From assembly GCA_965228875.1 (NCBI GenBank), contig OZ245843.1, positions 1,098,616 to 1,162,615 on the forward strand: a DNA stretch of 64,000 bases, in the 5' to 3' direction. This document shows, in pieces, positions 39,649 through 48,823 of this stretch. The stretch is from Thalassobaculaceae bacterium. Its GTDB lineage: Bacteria > Pseudomonadota > Alphaproteobacteria > Thalassobaculales > Thalassobaculaceae. How positions within the stretch are numbered: the stretch's first letter is position 1; every line of letters begins with the position of its first letter. The notes under the pieces were generated by a model. The model searched no databases, was not told the DNA's origin, and saw only the letters and a program-made list of their open reading frames with translations. The translations under genes were made by a program, and so were the position numbers.

Positions 39649-42438
39649 TTGTCTGACTCCACACCCGATCCGCACGACATCGCTCCAGTCTCCATCGAAG
39701 ACGAGATGCGGAGCTCGTACCTCGCTTACGCCATGAGCGTGATCGTGGCCCGAGCGCTGCCCGACGTCCGCGACGGCCTGAAGCCGGTCCACCGCCGGAT
39801 TCTCTACGCCATGAAGGAGGGCGGCTACGACTGGAGCCGCCCCTACCGCAAATCCGCCAACATCGTCGGCGCGGTCATGGGTCAGTATCACCCGCACGGC
39901 GACAGTGCGATTTACGACGCCATGGTCCGCATGGCGCAGGAGTTCTCCATGCGCCTGCCACTGGTCGACGGCCAGGGCAATTTCGGCTCCATGGACGGCG
40001 ATCCGGCGGCGGCCATGCGCTACACCGAGGCCCGGCTGGCCAAGGCGGCAGAGGGCCTGCTGCGCGATATCGACAAGGAAACCGTCAATTTCGTTCCGAA
40101 CTACGACGAGACGACGGAAGAACCGGCGGTGCTGCCGGCGGAGTTCCCGAACCTGCTGGTCAACGGCGCCGGCGGCATCGCGGTCGGCATGGCGACCAAT
40201 ATCCCGCCGCACAATCTGAGCGAGGTGATCGACGCCTGCCTGGCGATGGTCGACAATCCCGGAATCACCGTCGACGAGTTGATGACCCATGTGCCGGGTC
40301 CGGACTTCCCGACCGGCGGCCTGATCCTCGGCCGCTCCGGCATCCGCGAGGCCTACCACACCGGGCGCGGCTCCGTGGTGATGCGCGGGCGGGCCGACAT
40401 CGAGGAGATCCGCAAGGACCGCTTCGCCATCGTTGTCACCGAGATTCCGTACCAGGTGAACAAGGCGCGGATGATCGAACGGATCGGCGAGATCGTTCGC
40501 GACAAGGTGGTCGAGGGAATCGCCGACCTGCGCGACGAGAGCGACCGGGACGGCGTGCGGGTCGTGGTCGAGCTCAAGCGCGACGCCGTCGCTGAGGTGG
40601 TGCTGAACCAGCTTTATCGTTTCACGCCCCTGCAGACGAGCTTCGGCGTGAACATGCTGGCGCTGAACGGCGGCCGGCCGGAGCAGATGAACCTGCGCGA
40701 CGTGATTTATGCCTTCGTGCAGTTCCGCGAGGAGGTCATCACCCGGCGCACCCGCTTCCTGCTGCGCAAGGCGCGCGAGCGGGCCCACATTCTGGCCGGC
40801 CTGATGGTGGCGATCACCAACCTCGACCCGGTGATCGAACTGATCCGTGCTTCCGCCGATGCCGCCGAGGCGCGTCGACGCCTGTGCGAGCGCGCCTGGC
40901 CGGCCGGCGACGTCGCGCCGTTCATCGCCCTGATCGACGATCCGGGGCACGAGGTGCGCGAGGACGGAACCTATCAGCTCTCCGAGATCCAGGCCCGCGC
41001 CATCCTCGAGCTGCGCCTGCAGCGCCTCACCGGCATGGAGCGCGGCAAGCTGATCGAGGAGGCGGAGGAGATCGCCAGCCGGATCAAGGATTTCCTTGAG
41101 ATCCTGACCTCTCGGCCCCGTCTTCTCGAAGTGATGCGTGGCGAGTTGCTCCAGTCCAAGGAGTCGTGGGCCAATCCGCGGCGTACCGAGATCGAGGAGA
41201 ACGAGTTCGAGCACGACATCGAGGACCTGATCCCGCGCGAGGACATGGTCGTCACCGTCAGCCATGCCGGCTACATCAAACGGGTGCCGCTGGCCACCTA
41301 CCGGGCGCAGAAGCGTGGCGGCAAGGGGCGGGCCGGCATGTCGACCCGCGACGAGGACGTGGTCAGCCGGCTGTTCGTGGCCAATTCCCACGCGCCGATC
41401 CTGTTCTTCACCTCCCGCGGTCAGGTCTACCAGCTCAAGACCTACCGGCTGCCCGAGGGCACGCCGCAGTCTCGCGGCCGGCCGATGGTCAACCTGCTCC
41501 CGCTTGAGGAGGGCGAGTGGATCCAGACCGTCATGCCGATGCCGGCGGACGAGGAGAGCTGGGGGCAGCTTCACGTGATGTTCGCCACCGAGGCGGGCAC
41601 GGTGCGGCGCAACGCCCTGAGCGACTTCACCAACATCAACAAGGCCGGCAAGCGGGCGATGCGCCTGGACGGCGATGACCGGCTGATCGGCGTGATGCCC
41701 TGCACCGACGGCGACGACGTGCTCCTGGCGACACGCGACGGCAAGGCGATCCGCTTCCGGGTCACCGATGTGCGGGTGTTCCAGGGGCGGGACTCCCTCG
41801 GCGTGCGCGGTATCAAGCTGCTCGGCGACGACACCGTGGTGTCCATGTCGATCCTGCGTCACGTCGACTACGAGGACGTGCCCGGCAGCGACCAGAGCGA
41901 GCGCGAGATCTATCTGCGCCAGGCCGCCTGGATCCGCCGGGGAAGCGGCGAGGGCGACGAGGATGCCGCGGCGCCCGATATCATGCTGGGCGAGGAGCGG
42001 TTTGCCATGCTCGGCGCGGCCGAGGAGTTCGTGCTCTCGGTCACCGAGAAGGGCTACGGCAAGCGCACGTCGGCGCACGAGTACCGGGTGACCGGGCGCG
42101 GCGGTCAGGGCATCGCCTCCATGGACGTGACGGACCGCAACGGCCCGGTCGCCGCGGCGTTCCCGGTGACGCCGAGCGACCAGATCATGCTGGTTACCGA
42201 CGCGGGTCAGGTCATCCGCTGCCCGGTCGACGACATCCGGGTCGCCGCGCGCAAGACCCAGGGCGTCGTCCTGTTCCGGGTCAGCGATGACGAGAAGGTG
42301 GTGTCGGTCTCGCTGGTCGGCGACACGTCCGACGACGAGAACGGGCAGGACACCGAGGACGGTGAGGACGATCAGCCGGACGGCGACGTGCCGCCGCCCA
42401 CCGGCGATGCGGACACTGAGGGAGAGGCGCCGCAATGA
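39649..42438 (+). CDS. gyrA: DNA gyrase subunit A
   Basis: [34 protein letters not shown], GyrA-box QKRGGKG; TTG start. Confidence 0.98.
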   Translation: MSDSTPDPHDIAPVSIEDEMRSSYLAYAMSVIVARALPDVRDGLKPVHRRILYAMKEGGYDWSRPYRKSANIVGAVMGQYHPHGDSAIYDAMVRMAQEFSMRLPLVDGQGNFGSMDGDPAAAMRYTEARLAKAAEGLLRDIDKETVNFVPNYDETTEEPAVLPAEFPNLLVNGAGGIAVGMATNIPPHNLSEVIDACLAMVDNPGITVDELMTHVPGPDFPTGGLILGRSGIREAYHTGRGSVVMRGRADIEEIRKDRFAIVVTEIPYQVNKARMIERIGEIVRDKVVEGIADLRDESDRDGVRVVVELKRDAVAEVVLNQLYRFTPLQTSFGVNMLALNGGRPEQMNLRDVIYAFVQFREEVITRRTRFLLRKARERAHILAGLMVAITNLDPVIELIRASADAAEARRRLCERAWPAGDVAPFIALIDDPGHEVREDGTYQLSEIQARAILELRLQRLTGMERGKLIEEAEEIASRIKDFLEILTSRPRLLEVMRGELLQSKESWANPRRTEIEENEFEHDIEDLIPREDMVVTVSHAGYIKRVPLATYRAQKRGGKGRAGMSTRDEDVVSRLFVANSHAPILFFTSRGQVYQLKTYRLPEGTPQSRGRPMVNLLPLEEGEWIQTVMPMPADEESWGQLHVMFATEAGTVRRNALSDFTNINKAGKRAMRLDGDDRLIGVMPCTDGDDVLLATRDGKAIRFRVTDVRVFQGRDSLGVRGIKLLGDDTVVSMSILRHVDYEDVPGSDQSEREIYLRQAAWIRRGSGEGDEDAAAPDIMLGEERFAMLGAAEEFVLSVTEKGYGKRTSAHEYRVTGRGGQGIASMDVTDRNGPVAAAFPVTPSDQIMLVTDAGQVIRCPVDDIRVAARKTQGVVLFRVSDDEKVVSVSLVGDTSDDENGQDTEDGEDDQPDGDVPPPTGDADTEGEAPQ

Positions 42439-43007
42439 CCGAGCAGACAGCACGGGTAGGCGTTTATCCCGGCACCTTCGACCCGATCACCAAGGGACAT
42501 ATCGACATCATCCGCCGGGCCAGCAAGACGGTCGACCATCTGGTGGTGGCCGTCGCGCGCAACGCCGGCAAGGGGCCGCTCTTCAGCCTGGACGAACGGG
42601 TGGAGATGGTGCGCGACGAACTCGACGAGATCCTCGAGCGCAACCGCGAGGACGGGTTCCACGGATCCATCGAGGTCAAGCCCTTCGGATCGCTGCTGAT
42701 GCACTTCGCCGAGTCGGAAGGGGCGACCATGATCATCCGCGGTCTGCGGGCGGTCTCGGACTTCGAGTACGAGTTCCAGATGGCCGGCATGAACGCCCGG
42801 CTGAACCCCAAGATCGAGACAACGTTTCTGATGGCCTCCGACCGCCACCAGTTCATCTCCTCGCGTTTCGTCAAGGAGATCGGGCGTCTCGGCGGCTCGA
42901 TCACCGAGTTCGTGTCGCCGCGCGTGGCCGAGCGGGTGATGCACCGTTTCGACGGCGACCCCGCGAAGGACAGCCAGGCTAAACAGACCGGACCCTTCAC
43001 CGGTTAG
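42435..43007 (+). CDS. coaD: Phosphopantetheine adenylyltransferase
   Basis: [32 protein letters not shown]. Confidence 0.97.
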   Translation: MTEQTARVGVYPGTFDPITKGHIDIIRRASKTVDHLVVAVARNAGKGPLFSLDERVEMVRDELDEILERNREDGFHGSIEVKPFGSLLMHFAESEGATMIIRGLRAVSDFEYEFQMAGMNARLNPKIETTFLMASDRHQFISSRFVKEIGRLGGSITEFVSPRVAERVMHRFDGDPAKDSQAKQTGPFTG

Positions 43008-43023
43008 AAGACCGCCACTTTTT

Positions 43024-43052
43024 CTTGACCCGGCCGGACGCGATGCCTAGCT
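43024..43052 (+). promoter_or_regulatory. Putative sigma70 promoter of tRNA-Lys
   Basis: CTTGAC-N17-CTAGCT, close to the alphaproteobacterial CTTGAC-N17-CTATAT consensus. Confidence 0.55.
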
Positions 43053-43067
43053 TCCGGCCGTCCTGGC

Positions 43068-43143
43068 GGGCGCGTAGCTCAGTTGGTAGAGCATCTGACT
43101 TTTAATCAGACGGTCACAGGTTCGAACCCTGTCGCGCTCACCA
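43068..43143 (+). tRNA. tRNA-Lys (UUU)
   Basis: 76 nt; acceptor stem GGGCGCG/CGCGCTC, D-arm TAGCTCAGTTGGTAGAGC, anticodon arm TCTGA-CTTTTAA-TCAGA, GGTTCGAA T-loop, encoded CCA. Confidence 0.98.
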
Positions 43144-43366
43144 TTTTCCCGTCTGTCTCAACACTCGATGAATGCCGCCGCGTGCCCATGCTTGGGCGAA
43201 ACCCGCCGACGCATGCCGGTGCGGTGCAGCCGGGCGAAGGGCTGCAAAGACTGTCCATAGAATTCGTCGCGAATTGTAAGTAACGAAAATTCAACGATCT
43301 TTCCAGAACGCCAGGCTGAGCGTATATTGCGGTCTGATGAACACGGCGTGCGTGTGGGAGATCGAC

Positions 43367-43678
43367 ATGTTCGACTTTCTCAAAGTGCAGAATGGCAAGA
43401 AGAAGCCGGCCCGACCCCGGACCCTGGGTAATCCCAACAAGGCGGCGTCCAAAGGCACTGTGAAGATCGACAAGTTCGTCTTCAACATCCGCGAGATCAA
43501 CGAGAAGGGATTCATCATCGATCCCTACGACAAGGATATCGTGATCTCCGGACAGCGCTTCCGCTTCGAGATCAACGCCATGTGTGGCGACAAGGAGATG
43601 AAGGGGCGGGCCGAGGCGGTCGTGACCAAGGTGGTCGACAACGCCCTCGCTGCGGCATTCCTTACCAAGTTCTTCTAG
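43367..43678 (+). CDS. Small hypothetical protein, possibly degenerate PilZ-like beta-barrel
   Basis: GGGAG RBS, host-like codon usage; beta-strand pattern with EINEKGF in place of D/NxSxxG. Confidence 0.55.
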   Translation: MFDFLKVQNGKKKPARPRTLGNPNKAASKGTVKIDKFVFNIREINEKGFIIDPYDKDIVISGQRFRFEINAMCGDKEMKGRAEAVVTKVVDNALAAAFLTKFF

Positions 43679-43775
43679 GCGCGGTCGCTACCGCGGCCGA
43701 GACTGGCCGCCGGCAGGCCATGGGCTCCGCGCAGGCTCCATTGTCGGCGGCGCCGGGTTGGGACATACTTCGCAT

Positions 43776-44006
43776 ATGAACGAGCGAGACAAAGCCCTCA
43801 AGATCCTGCGCGCGGTGCGTCGGAAGATCGATCCGGACGTGCTGGCGCGTGCCCAGAAGGCGGCGTTCGTTCAGATCGGCCAGCAGCCGCAGGAACCGGA
43901 GAACGAGGCGTCCCGGCTGTTCAAGGCCGCGCTGGCGAATGGCGGCCAGCGCCGACAGGAGATCCTGCGGCAGTTGGAGCGGAAGTTCCGCCACAAGCTG
44001 AACTGA
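43776..44006 (+). CDS. Small basic helical hypothetical protein (76 aa)
   Basis: GC3-rich codons in this frame, plausible amphipathic helices; no recognised motif. Confidence 0.55.
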   Translation: MNERDKALKILRAVRRKIDPDVLARAQKAAFVQIGQQPQEPENEASRLFKAALANGGQRRQEILRQLERKFRHKLN

Positions 44007-44061
44007 CCTCTCTCTACCGACTACCTCCGCGACTGGCTTTTCGCACAATGGCCGGAAACGG

Positions 44062-45234
44062 TCAGGCGTTGGGCCGCTTGGCCAGCACCGCGTCGGCCAG
44101 CGTGTCGATTTCGGCGATGTGGTTGTAGATCTGGCTGGACACCCGAGCGTAGAGCCCATCGGCGAGCGGGTTGATCCGGATCTGTATCCGGTCCTCGCGC
44201 AGCAGGCGCAGACGCAGGTCCGTCGCCGCCTCGGCGGTGTCGCCGTAGCCGTCGGGCAGGCGGACCGTCACCATCGAACCGACCATGCTCTCCGGCGCGC
44301 CCATCGTGGTGCCCCACGCCGCGGACAGCCGGCGTCCGGCGGCGAGCGCCAGGGCGTGGTTGTGGGTGCGGATCGCCTCGATGCCGAACCGGTCGGCGAA
44401 GTCCAGGGCGGCGGGCAGGGCGTGCTGGGCCGATCCGTCGCGCGTCCCGACCCAGTCGAACTCCGCTTCGAACCCGCCGCCGTAGCCGTGGCTGATGACC
44501 GTCGGGTGCAGCCGGTCGATGACCCGGTCGCCGGCCCAGAGGAAGGCGCAGCCCTTGGCGGCGAAAAGCCATTTGTGCGCGTTGCCGGTATACCAGTCGG
44601 CCCCCAGCGCCGAGAGATCGACCGGCACCATGCCGGGGGCGTGGGCGCCGTCGACCAGGACCAGCGCGCCGGCGTCCCGCGCGGCGGCGGCCATGGGGGC
44701 GACGGGCAGAAGAAGCGCCGTCGGCGAGGTGACGTGATCGAGGATGACCAGCCGTGGCGTGTTCTCCTCCAGCGCCCGTTCGAAGGCGGCGACCGCCTGG
44801 GCGGGGTCTTCGGCCGGGAAGGGAAGCGTCCACTCCGCGATCTCGGCGCCGGACGCTGCACACACGAACCGCACGGTGTTCCGCACCGCGCCATAGGTCT
44901 GGTCGTTGATCAGGATCCGGTCACCGGGCCGCAGGTCGAGCGAGCGCAGCACGGCATTCACCGCCTGTGTCGCGTTGTCGACCAGGGCCACATGGTTGGC
45001 CTCGGCGCCGAGATAGGGAGCGAGGCGGGTCGCCGCGGCGCGCAGGGCGGGTCGGAACTCGAACTCCATGAAACGGCTGGGTTCGGCCTCCATGCGGTCG
45101 CGCCAGTCGCGTTGGGCCTCGAGCACCGATCGCGGTGTCGCGCCGTAGGAGCCGTGATTGAGATGCAGCGAGCCGTCTTCGAGGGCGAAGAGCGGCCTAA
45201 GGTCGGCGCCGAAGCCGGTGGGTGCAGTCTTCAT
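44062..45234 (-). CDS. Class V PLP-dependent enzyme (isopenicillin-N epimerase / cysteine desulfhydrase / Egt2-like)
   Basis: HLNHGSYGATP, DHVTSPT, LVDGAHAPG, YTGNAHKW, WVGTRD. Confidence 0.88.
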   Translation of the reverse strand: MKTAPTGFGADLRPLFALEDGSLHLNHGSYGATPRSVLEAQRDWRDRMEAEPSRFMEFEFRPALRAAATRLAPYLGAEANHVALVDNATQAVNAVLRSLDLRPGDRILINDQTYGAVRNTVRFVCAASGAEIAEWTLPFPAEDPAQAVAAFERALEENTPRLVILDHVTSPTALLLPVAPMAAAARDAGALVLVDGAHAPGMVPVDLSALGADWYTGNAHKWLFAAKGCAFLWAGDRVIDRLHPTVISHGYGGGFEAEFDWVGTRDGSAQHALPAALDFADRFGIEAIRTHNHALALAAGRRLSAAWGTTMGAPESMVGSMVTVRLPDGYGDTAEAATDLRLRLLREDRIQIRINPLADGLYARVSSQIYNHIAEIDTLADAVLAKRPNA

Positions 45235-45371
45235 GGCCACAAGTGTGCAGGATCGGCGAAACCGCCCGCAAGAGTGCGTTCGTCCCGGTGACAAACTTGT
45301 CCGGATGACTCCCACGTCATCGCATCGCCATCAGAGCCGATCCATTTGGCGGTGACCGAGCGGCGGCGGCT

Positions 45372-45420
45372 GTGCAGGGGCGATGGTAAAGGGGCGATGG
45401 TGCAGGGGTGATTGTGCGGG
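45372..45420 (+). repeat. 3.5 x 14-bp G-rich tandem repeat in divergent intergenic region
   Basis: gtgcaggggcgatg gtaaaggggcgatg gtgcaggggtgatt gtgcggg. Confidence 0.75.
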
Positions 45421-45556
45421 AACCCCGCCGGACGTTAAGCTGTCCGTCGATATTGCACCGCACATTGTTTGCCTGGGCATCCTGGCAGGCGGCTGCGCCA
45501 CATCCTACATCTGTGGCATGACCCCGCGCGACGCTGATTGAAGGAGCCCGCCGCTG

Positions 45557-46279
45557 ATGGCGCCCAGTACCAAGGCCTCGATGTTCTCACGGTTGCGCAC
45601 CTACTTCTTCGCGGGCGTCCTGGTGACGGCGCCGATCGGCATCACGCTGTACCTCGCCTGGCTGATCATCGATTTCATCGACAACCAGGTCACACCGCTG
45701 ATACCGGCGCGCTACAATCCGGAGAGCTATCTGCCGTTCTCCATCCCCGGTCTCGGGCTGATCGTCGCCGCGATCGTGCTGACTTTCATCGGCGCGTTCA
45801 CTGCCGGGCTGCTCGGGCGATGGGTGGTCGGGCTGTCGGAGCGGCTGATGGCCCGAATGCCTGTGATCCGCAACGTCCACAGCGCGTTGAAGCAGATCCT
45901 GGAGACGGTGCTCGCCCAGCAGTCCAAGGCGTTCCGCCAGGTCGTGCTGATCGAGTACCCCCGACGCGGCATCTGGGCGATCGGATTTCTGACCGGCGAC
46001 ACGGTCGGCGAGGTGCAGAACGTGACCGAGGACGACACCGTGAACGTCTTTTTGCCGACGACCCCGAACCCGACGTCCGGGTTCCTGCTCTTCGTGCCGC
46101 GTGAGGACTGCCACGTGCTGTCCATGACCGTCGAGGAAGGCATCAAGATGGTGGTGTCCGGCGGTATCGTCACGCCGCCCGACCGCCGCCCGAAGGCCGA
46201 GCGCGACACGCCGACCATTCCGGCGGCGACGCCGGACCATCCGGAGGGGCCGACCCGCCGCAGGCCGGACGCGGCCTGA
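45557..46279 (+). CDS. DUF502 domain membrane protein
   Basis: YFFAGVLVTAPIGIT, VLIEYPRRG, VFLPTTPNPTSGF. Confidence 0.9.
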   Translation: MAPSTKASMFSRLRTYFFAGVLVTAPIGITLYLAWLIIDFIDNQVTPLIPARYNPESYLPFSIPGLGLIVAAIVLTFIGAFTAGLLGRWVVGLSERLMARMPVIRNVHSALKQILETVLAQQSKAFRQVVLIEYPRRGIWAIGFLTGDTVGEVQNVTEDDTVNVFLPTTPNPTSGFLLFVPREDCHVLSMTVEEGIKMVVSGGIVTPPDRRPKAERDTPTIPAATPDHPEGPTRRRPDAA

Positions 46280-46325
46280 CCCGGCGCCGAGCCAAGCGAC
46301 ACCGACGGGAGGGAGGACGACGCAC

Positions 46326-46994
46326 ATGACTGAGGCGGTTATGGCGGTATGGGGCGACGCCGCGCCCGAGGCCGATGCCGAGTTCAGCGAATGGTATCAC
46401 CGCGAGCATGTTCCGGAGCGGGTCGGCATGCCCGGATGGCGCAACGGCAGGCGCTATCGCAAGATCGGTCGCGGCCGGCACCGGTATCTCGCCGTCTACG
46501 ACGTCGACCGGCTCGCCTGCTTCGACGATCCGGCCTACCGCCACGCGCTCAACAACCCGACCGATTGGACGCGGCGGATGATGCCGCATTTCCGGAACTT
46601 CGTGCGCGCGACAAGCCGGGTGCGCTTCGCCAGTGGCGAGGTGCTGGGGTCGGTCCTGGCGACCGTGCGCTACGATCCGGGCGCAGGTGACCCGGAAGCG
46701 ATCGCCCGATGGCTGGCCGGCGAGGCCCTGCACGACCTGCGGAACCGTGAGGGCATCACCCGGGTCCAGCACTGGCAGTCCGACATGGACCGCTCGCTCG
46801 CCAAGACGGGCGAGCAGTCGATCCGGACGGGCAGGGACGGTCGCGCTCCGTTCACCGCCGTCATCGAGGGGACGGAGCGGGGGTTCGTCGAAGCTGCGCT
46901 GAAGGAGGCGGAGATCGTCGACGGCCTCAAGGCTCGTGGGGCGAAGAACGTGGATGCCGGCCTCTATGCGATGATCTTCGCGCTGCACGGGTAG
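46326..46994 (+). CDS. Hypothetical protein (DUF4286/EthD-like dimeric alpha-beta barrel)
   Basis: EFSEWYHREHVPERVGMPGW...RRY...YLAVYDV; GGAGG RBS. Confidence 0.7.
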   Translation: MTEAVMAVWGDAAPEADAEFSEWYHREHVPERVGMPGWRNGRRYRKIGRGRHRYLAVYDVDRLACFDDPAYRHALNNPTDWTRRMMPHFRNFVRATSRVRFASGEVLGSVLATVRYDPGAGDPEAIARWLAGEALHDLRNREGITRVQHWQSDMDRSLAKTGEQSIRTGRDGRAPFTAVIEGTERGFVEAALKEAEIVDGLKARGAKNVDAGLYAMIFALHG

Positions 46995-47000
46995 CGCCGG

Positions 47001-47112
47001 CTGGAGCGCGACCGGTTCAGATCCCACCGCTCCGAAGGGCGTCCTTTATGCTATTGAAAAAATGGAGATTTCACACGATCGGATGTTTCCATCTGATCGT
47101 GATTTGCTCTAG
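47001..47112. repeat. RIME/Bru-RS-like palindromic intergenic element (~112 bp)
   Basis: Terminal inverted repeats CTGGAGC...GCTCTAG, two internal hairpins, AT-rich IHF-like core. Confidence 0.6.
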
Positions 47113-48701
47113 CCCGCCATCTCTCCCAGGCGCTTGTAGAGGTAGGTCCGGCTGATCCCAAGGGTTTCGGCGGCGCGTTTCTTGTTGCCGTCGGCCCGGT
47201 CCAGGGCCGCGCGGATCAGCCGTTCCTCCAGAGCCTTCAACTGGGTCTCGAGCGACGCGGCCGGATCCGGCACCGGCGCCTCGCCGACCAGTTCGGGGAA
47301 GTCTGTCAGGGTGAGTTCCTCGCCGTCGCAGAAGATCGCCGCTTTCTGGACCGCGTTGAACAGTTCGCGCACGTTGCCGGGCCACGGATGGGCGGCGAGC
47401 AGAGCCATGGCATCGCCGCTGACGCCGCGCACCGCCAGATTGTGACGCTTGGCCGTGCGCGCAAGGAAGGTCCGGACCAGGGCCGGGATATCTGTGGCGC
47501 GATCGCGCAGCGGTGGAAGCCAGAGGGTGATCGCACCGATGCGGAAATACAGGTCGGACCGGAAATCCTCCGCCTCGATCATCCGCTCTACCGGCCGGTT
47601 CGTTGCTGTCACGAGGCGGAAATCGGCGCTGCGTGACCGGTGGCCGCCGAGCCGTTCGAACGTGCCTTCCTCCAGGACGCGCAGCACCTTCGCCTGGATG
47701 TCGATCCCCATGTCGCCGATCTCGTCGAGGAACAGCGTGCCCTTGTCGGCCAGTTCGAACTTGCCGCTGCGTCCGCGTTTGTCGGCCCCGGTGAAGGATC
47801 CCGGCTCGTAGCCGAACAGTTCGGCCTCGACCAGGGTGGCGGGCAGGGCGGCGGCGTTGAGCACGACCAGGGGCCGGGCGGCCCGGTTCGACTGGCCGTG
47901 CAGGGCGCGGGCGACCAGTTCCTTGCCGGTGCCGCTTTCCCCGCGGATCAGCACCGAGATGTCGAGCGGGGCGACGCGGGCGATATCGGCCTTCAGCTTC
48001 CGGATCGGCGGGCTGTCGCCGATGATCGCCTCTAGATCGGCCGGGCGCGGCCGCATTTCCTCCAACTCCCGGCGGTAATAGTCGACCTCGGCGCGCAGCT
48101 TGGCAATCTCACGGCCGAACTCCAGTGCCTGGTCGGGCCCCTTGAACATCACCTGGCCGATGGCGCCGACGGTCTCCTCGTCACGGTTGATGGGAAAGCG
48201 GCTGACGATGCGGGCGACGCCGTTCATTTCCTGCAAGCGGCCGATCTCGGCCCGGCCGGATCTGGCGACCTCGGGCAGACGGGTGTTCTCGATCACCTTC
48301 TCGGCCGGCAGCCCCAGACCTTCGCCGCGCTTCATGTCGAAGAACCGCGCATGCACCGGGCTGACCCAGCGCAGCAGTCCCTCGGCGTCGACCACGGTGA
48401 TCGCCTCGTAGGGGTTGGTGAGGAAATGCGCCATGATCTCGTAGGCGAAGTCGACGCTGGCGGCGAAGTCGACCACCGGATCCTCGGCCCCCGCCGGCCA
48501 GACCAGATGCAGGGCGACGCCGCTGTCGGCGTGGCGCGAGAGTACGGACCAGACGGTGTCGCCGAGGTCGACACTCCAGATCCGGCGGCCGGACGGCGCC
48601 TTGGCAAGCGCCCGATCCACGGCGTCGGGCAGGCGGGCACCGTCGGCGAAGATCTGGGTCCCGTCGGAACGGAGAAGGCGGATGCTGGGAGATGTGTCCA
48701 T
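47109..48701 (-). CDS. Sigma54-dependent transcriptional activator (PAS-AAA+-Fis HTH)
   Basis: GESGTGKE, ELFGYEPGSFTGA, LFLDEIG, FRSDLYFR, WPGNVREL, C-terminal HTH; alternative start 48743. Confidence 0.95.
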   Translation of the reverse strand: MDTSPSIRLLRSDGTQIFADGARLPDAVDRALAKAPSGRRIWSVDLGDTVWSVLSRHADSGVALHLVWPAGAEDPVVDFAASVDFAYEIMAHFLTNPYEAITVVDAEGLLRWVSPVHARFFDMKRGEGLGLPAEKVIENTRLPEVARSGRAEIGRLQEMNGVARIVSRFPINRDEETVGAIGQVMFKGPDQALEFGREIAKLRAEVDYYRRELEEMRPRPADLEAIIGDSPPIRKLKADIARVAPLDISVLIRGESGTGKELVARALHGQSNRAARPLVVLNAAALPATLVEAELFGYEPGSFTGADKRGRSGKFELADKGTLFLDEIGDMGIDIQAKVLRVLEEGTFERLGGHRSRSADFRLVTATNRPVERMIEAEDFRSDLYFRIGAITLWLPPLRDRATDIPALVRTFLARTAKRHNLAVRGVSGDAMALLAAHPWPGNVRELFNAVQKAAIFCDGEELTLTDFPELVGEAPVPDPAASLETQLKALEERLIRAALDRADGNKKRAAETLGISRTYLYKRLGEMAG

Positions 48702-48742
48702 GTCGCGGACAGTATGAAATCCGACTGTCCGCGTCGAGAACA
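48695..48742. promoter_or_regulatory. Paired enhancer (UAS) sites for the sigma54 activator
   Basis: TGTCC-N7-GGACA (48695-48711) and TGTCC-N7-GAACA (48726-48742), 31 bp apart. Confidence 0.65.
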
Positions 48743-48783
48743 TATCCGTGTTCCGGTCCCAGGGTTTCCGCGGCTCTCCCGAC

Positions 48784-48798
48784 TGGCACGAGGGTTGC
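48784..48798 (+). promoter_or_regulatory. Sigma54 (-24/-12) promoter
   Basis: TGGCAC-GAGGG-TTGC exact consensus, 25 bp before the operon start. Confidence 0.9.
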
Positions 48799-48823
48799 GG
48801 ATAGACCGGCGGAGGATACGCCC

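Noticed and set aside
39880..39930. Quinolone-resistance substitution in the GyrA QRDR
   Set aside because: [10 protein letters not shown] keeps Ser and Asp at the positions equivalent to E. coli 83 and 87.
39574..42453. 959-aa antisense ORF over gyrA (also 31358-33607 over uvrA, 10468-12243, 55939-58002 and others)
   Set aside because: Mirror-frame ORFs typical of high-GC genomes, with no motifs and a composition dictated by the sense-strand codons.
43185..43250. c-di-GMP-I riboswitch-like look (GAAA loop followed by GACGCA) upstream of the PilZ-like ORF
   Set aside because: It lacks the GGCAAACC 5' strand and a recognisable P2. Only an Infernal search with the Rfam c-di-GMP-I model could rescue it.
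45372..45420. CRISPR array
   Set aside because: Units are 14 bp, directly adjacent with no spacers, and there are no cas genes.
43068..47112. Genomic island integrated at tRNA-Lys
   Set aside because: No integrase, and I could not find a duplicated tRNA 3' end (attR) in the window; downstream genes have host-like codon usage.
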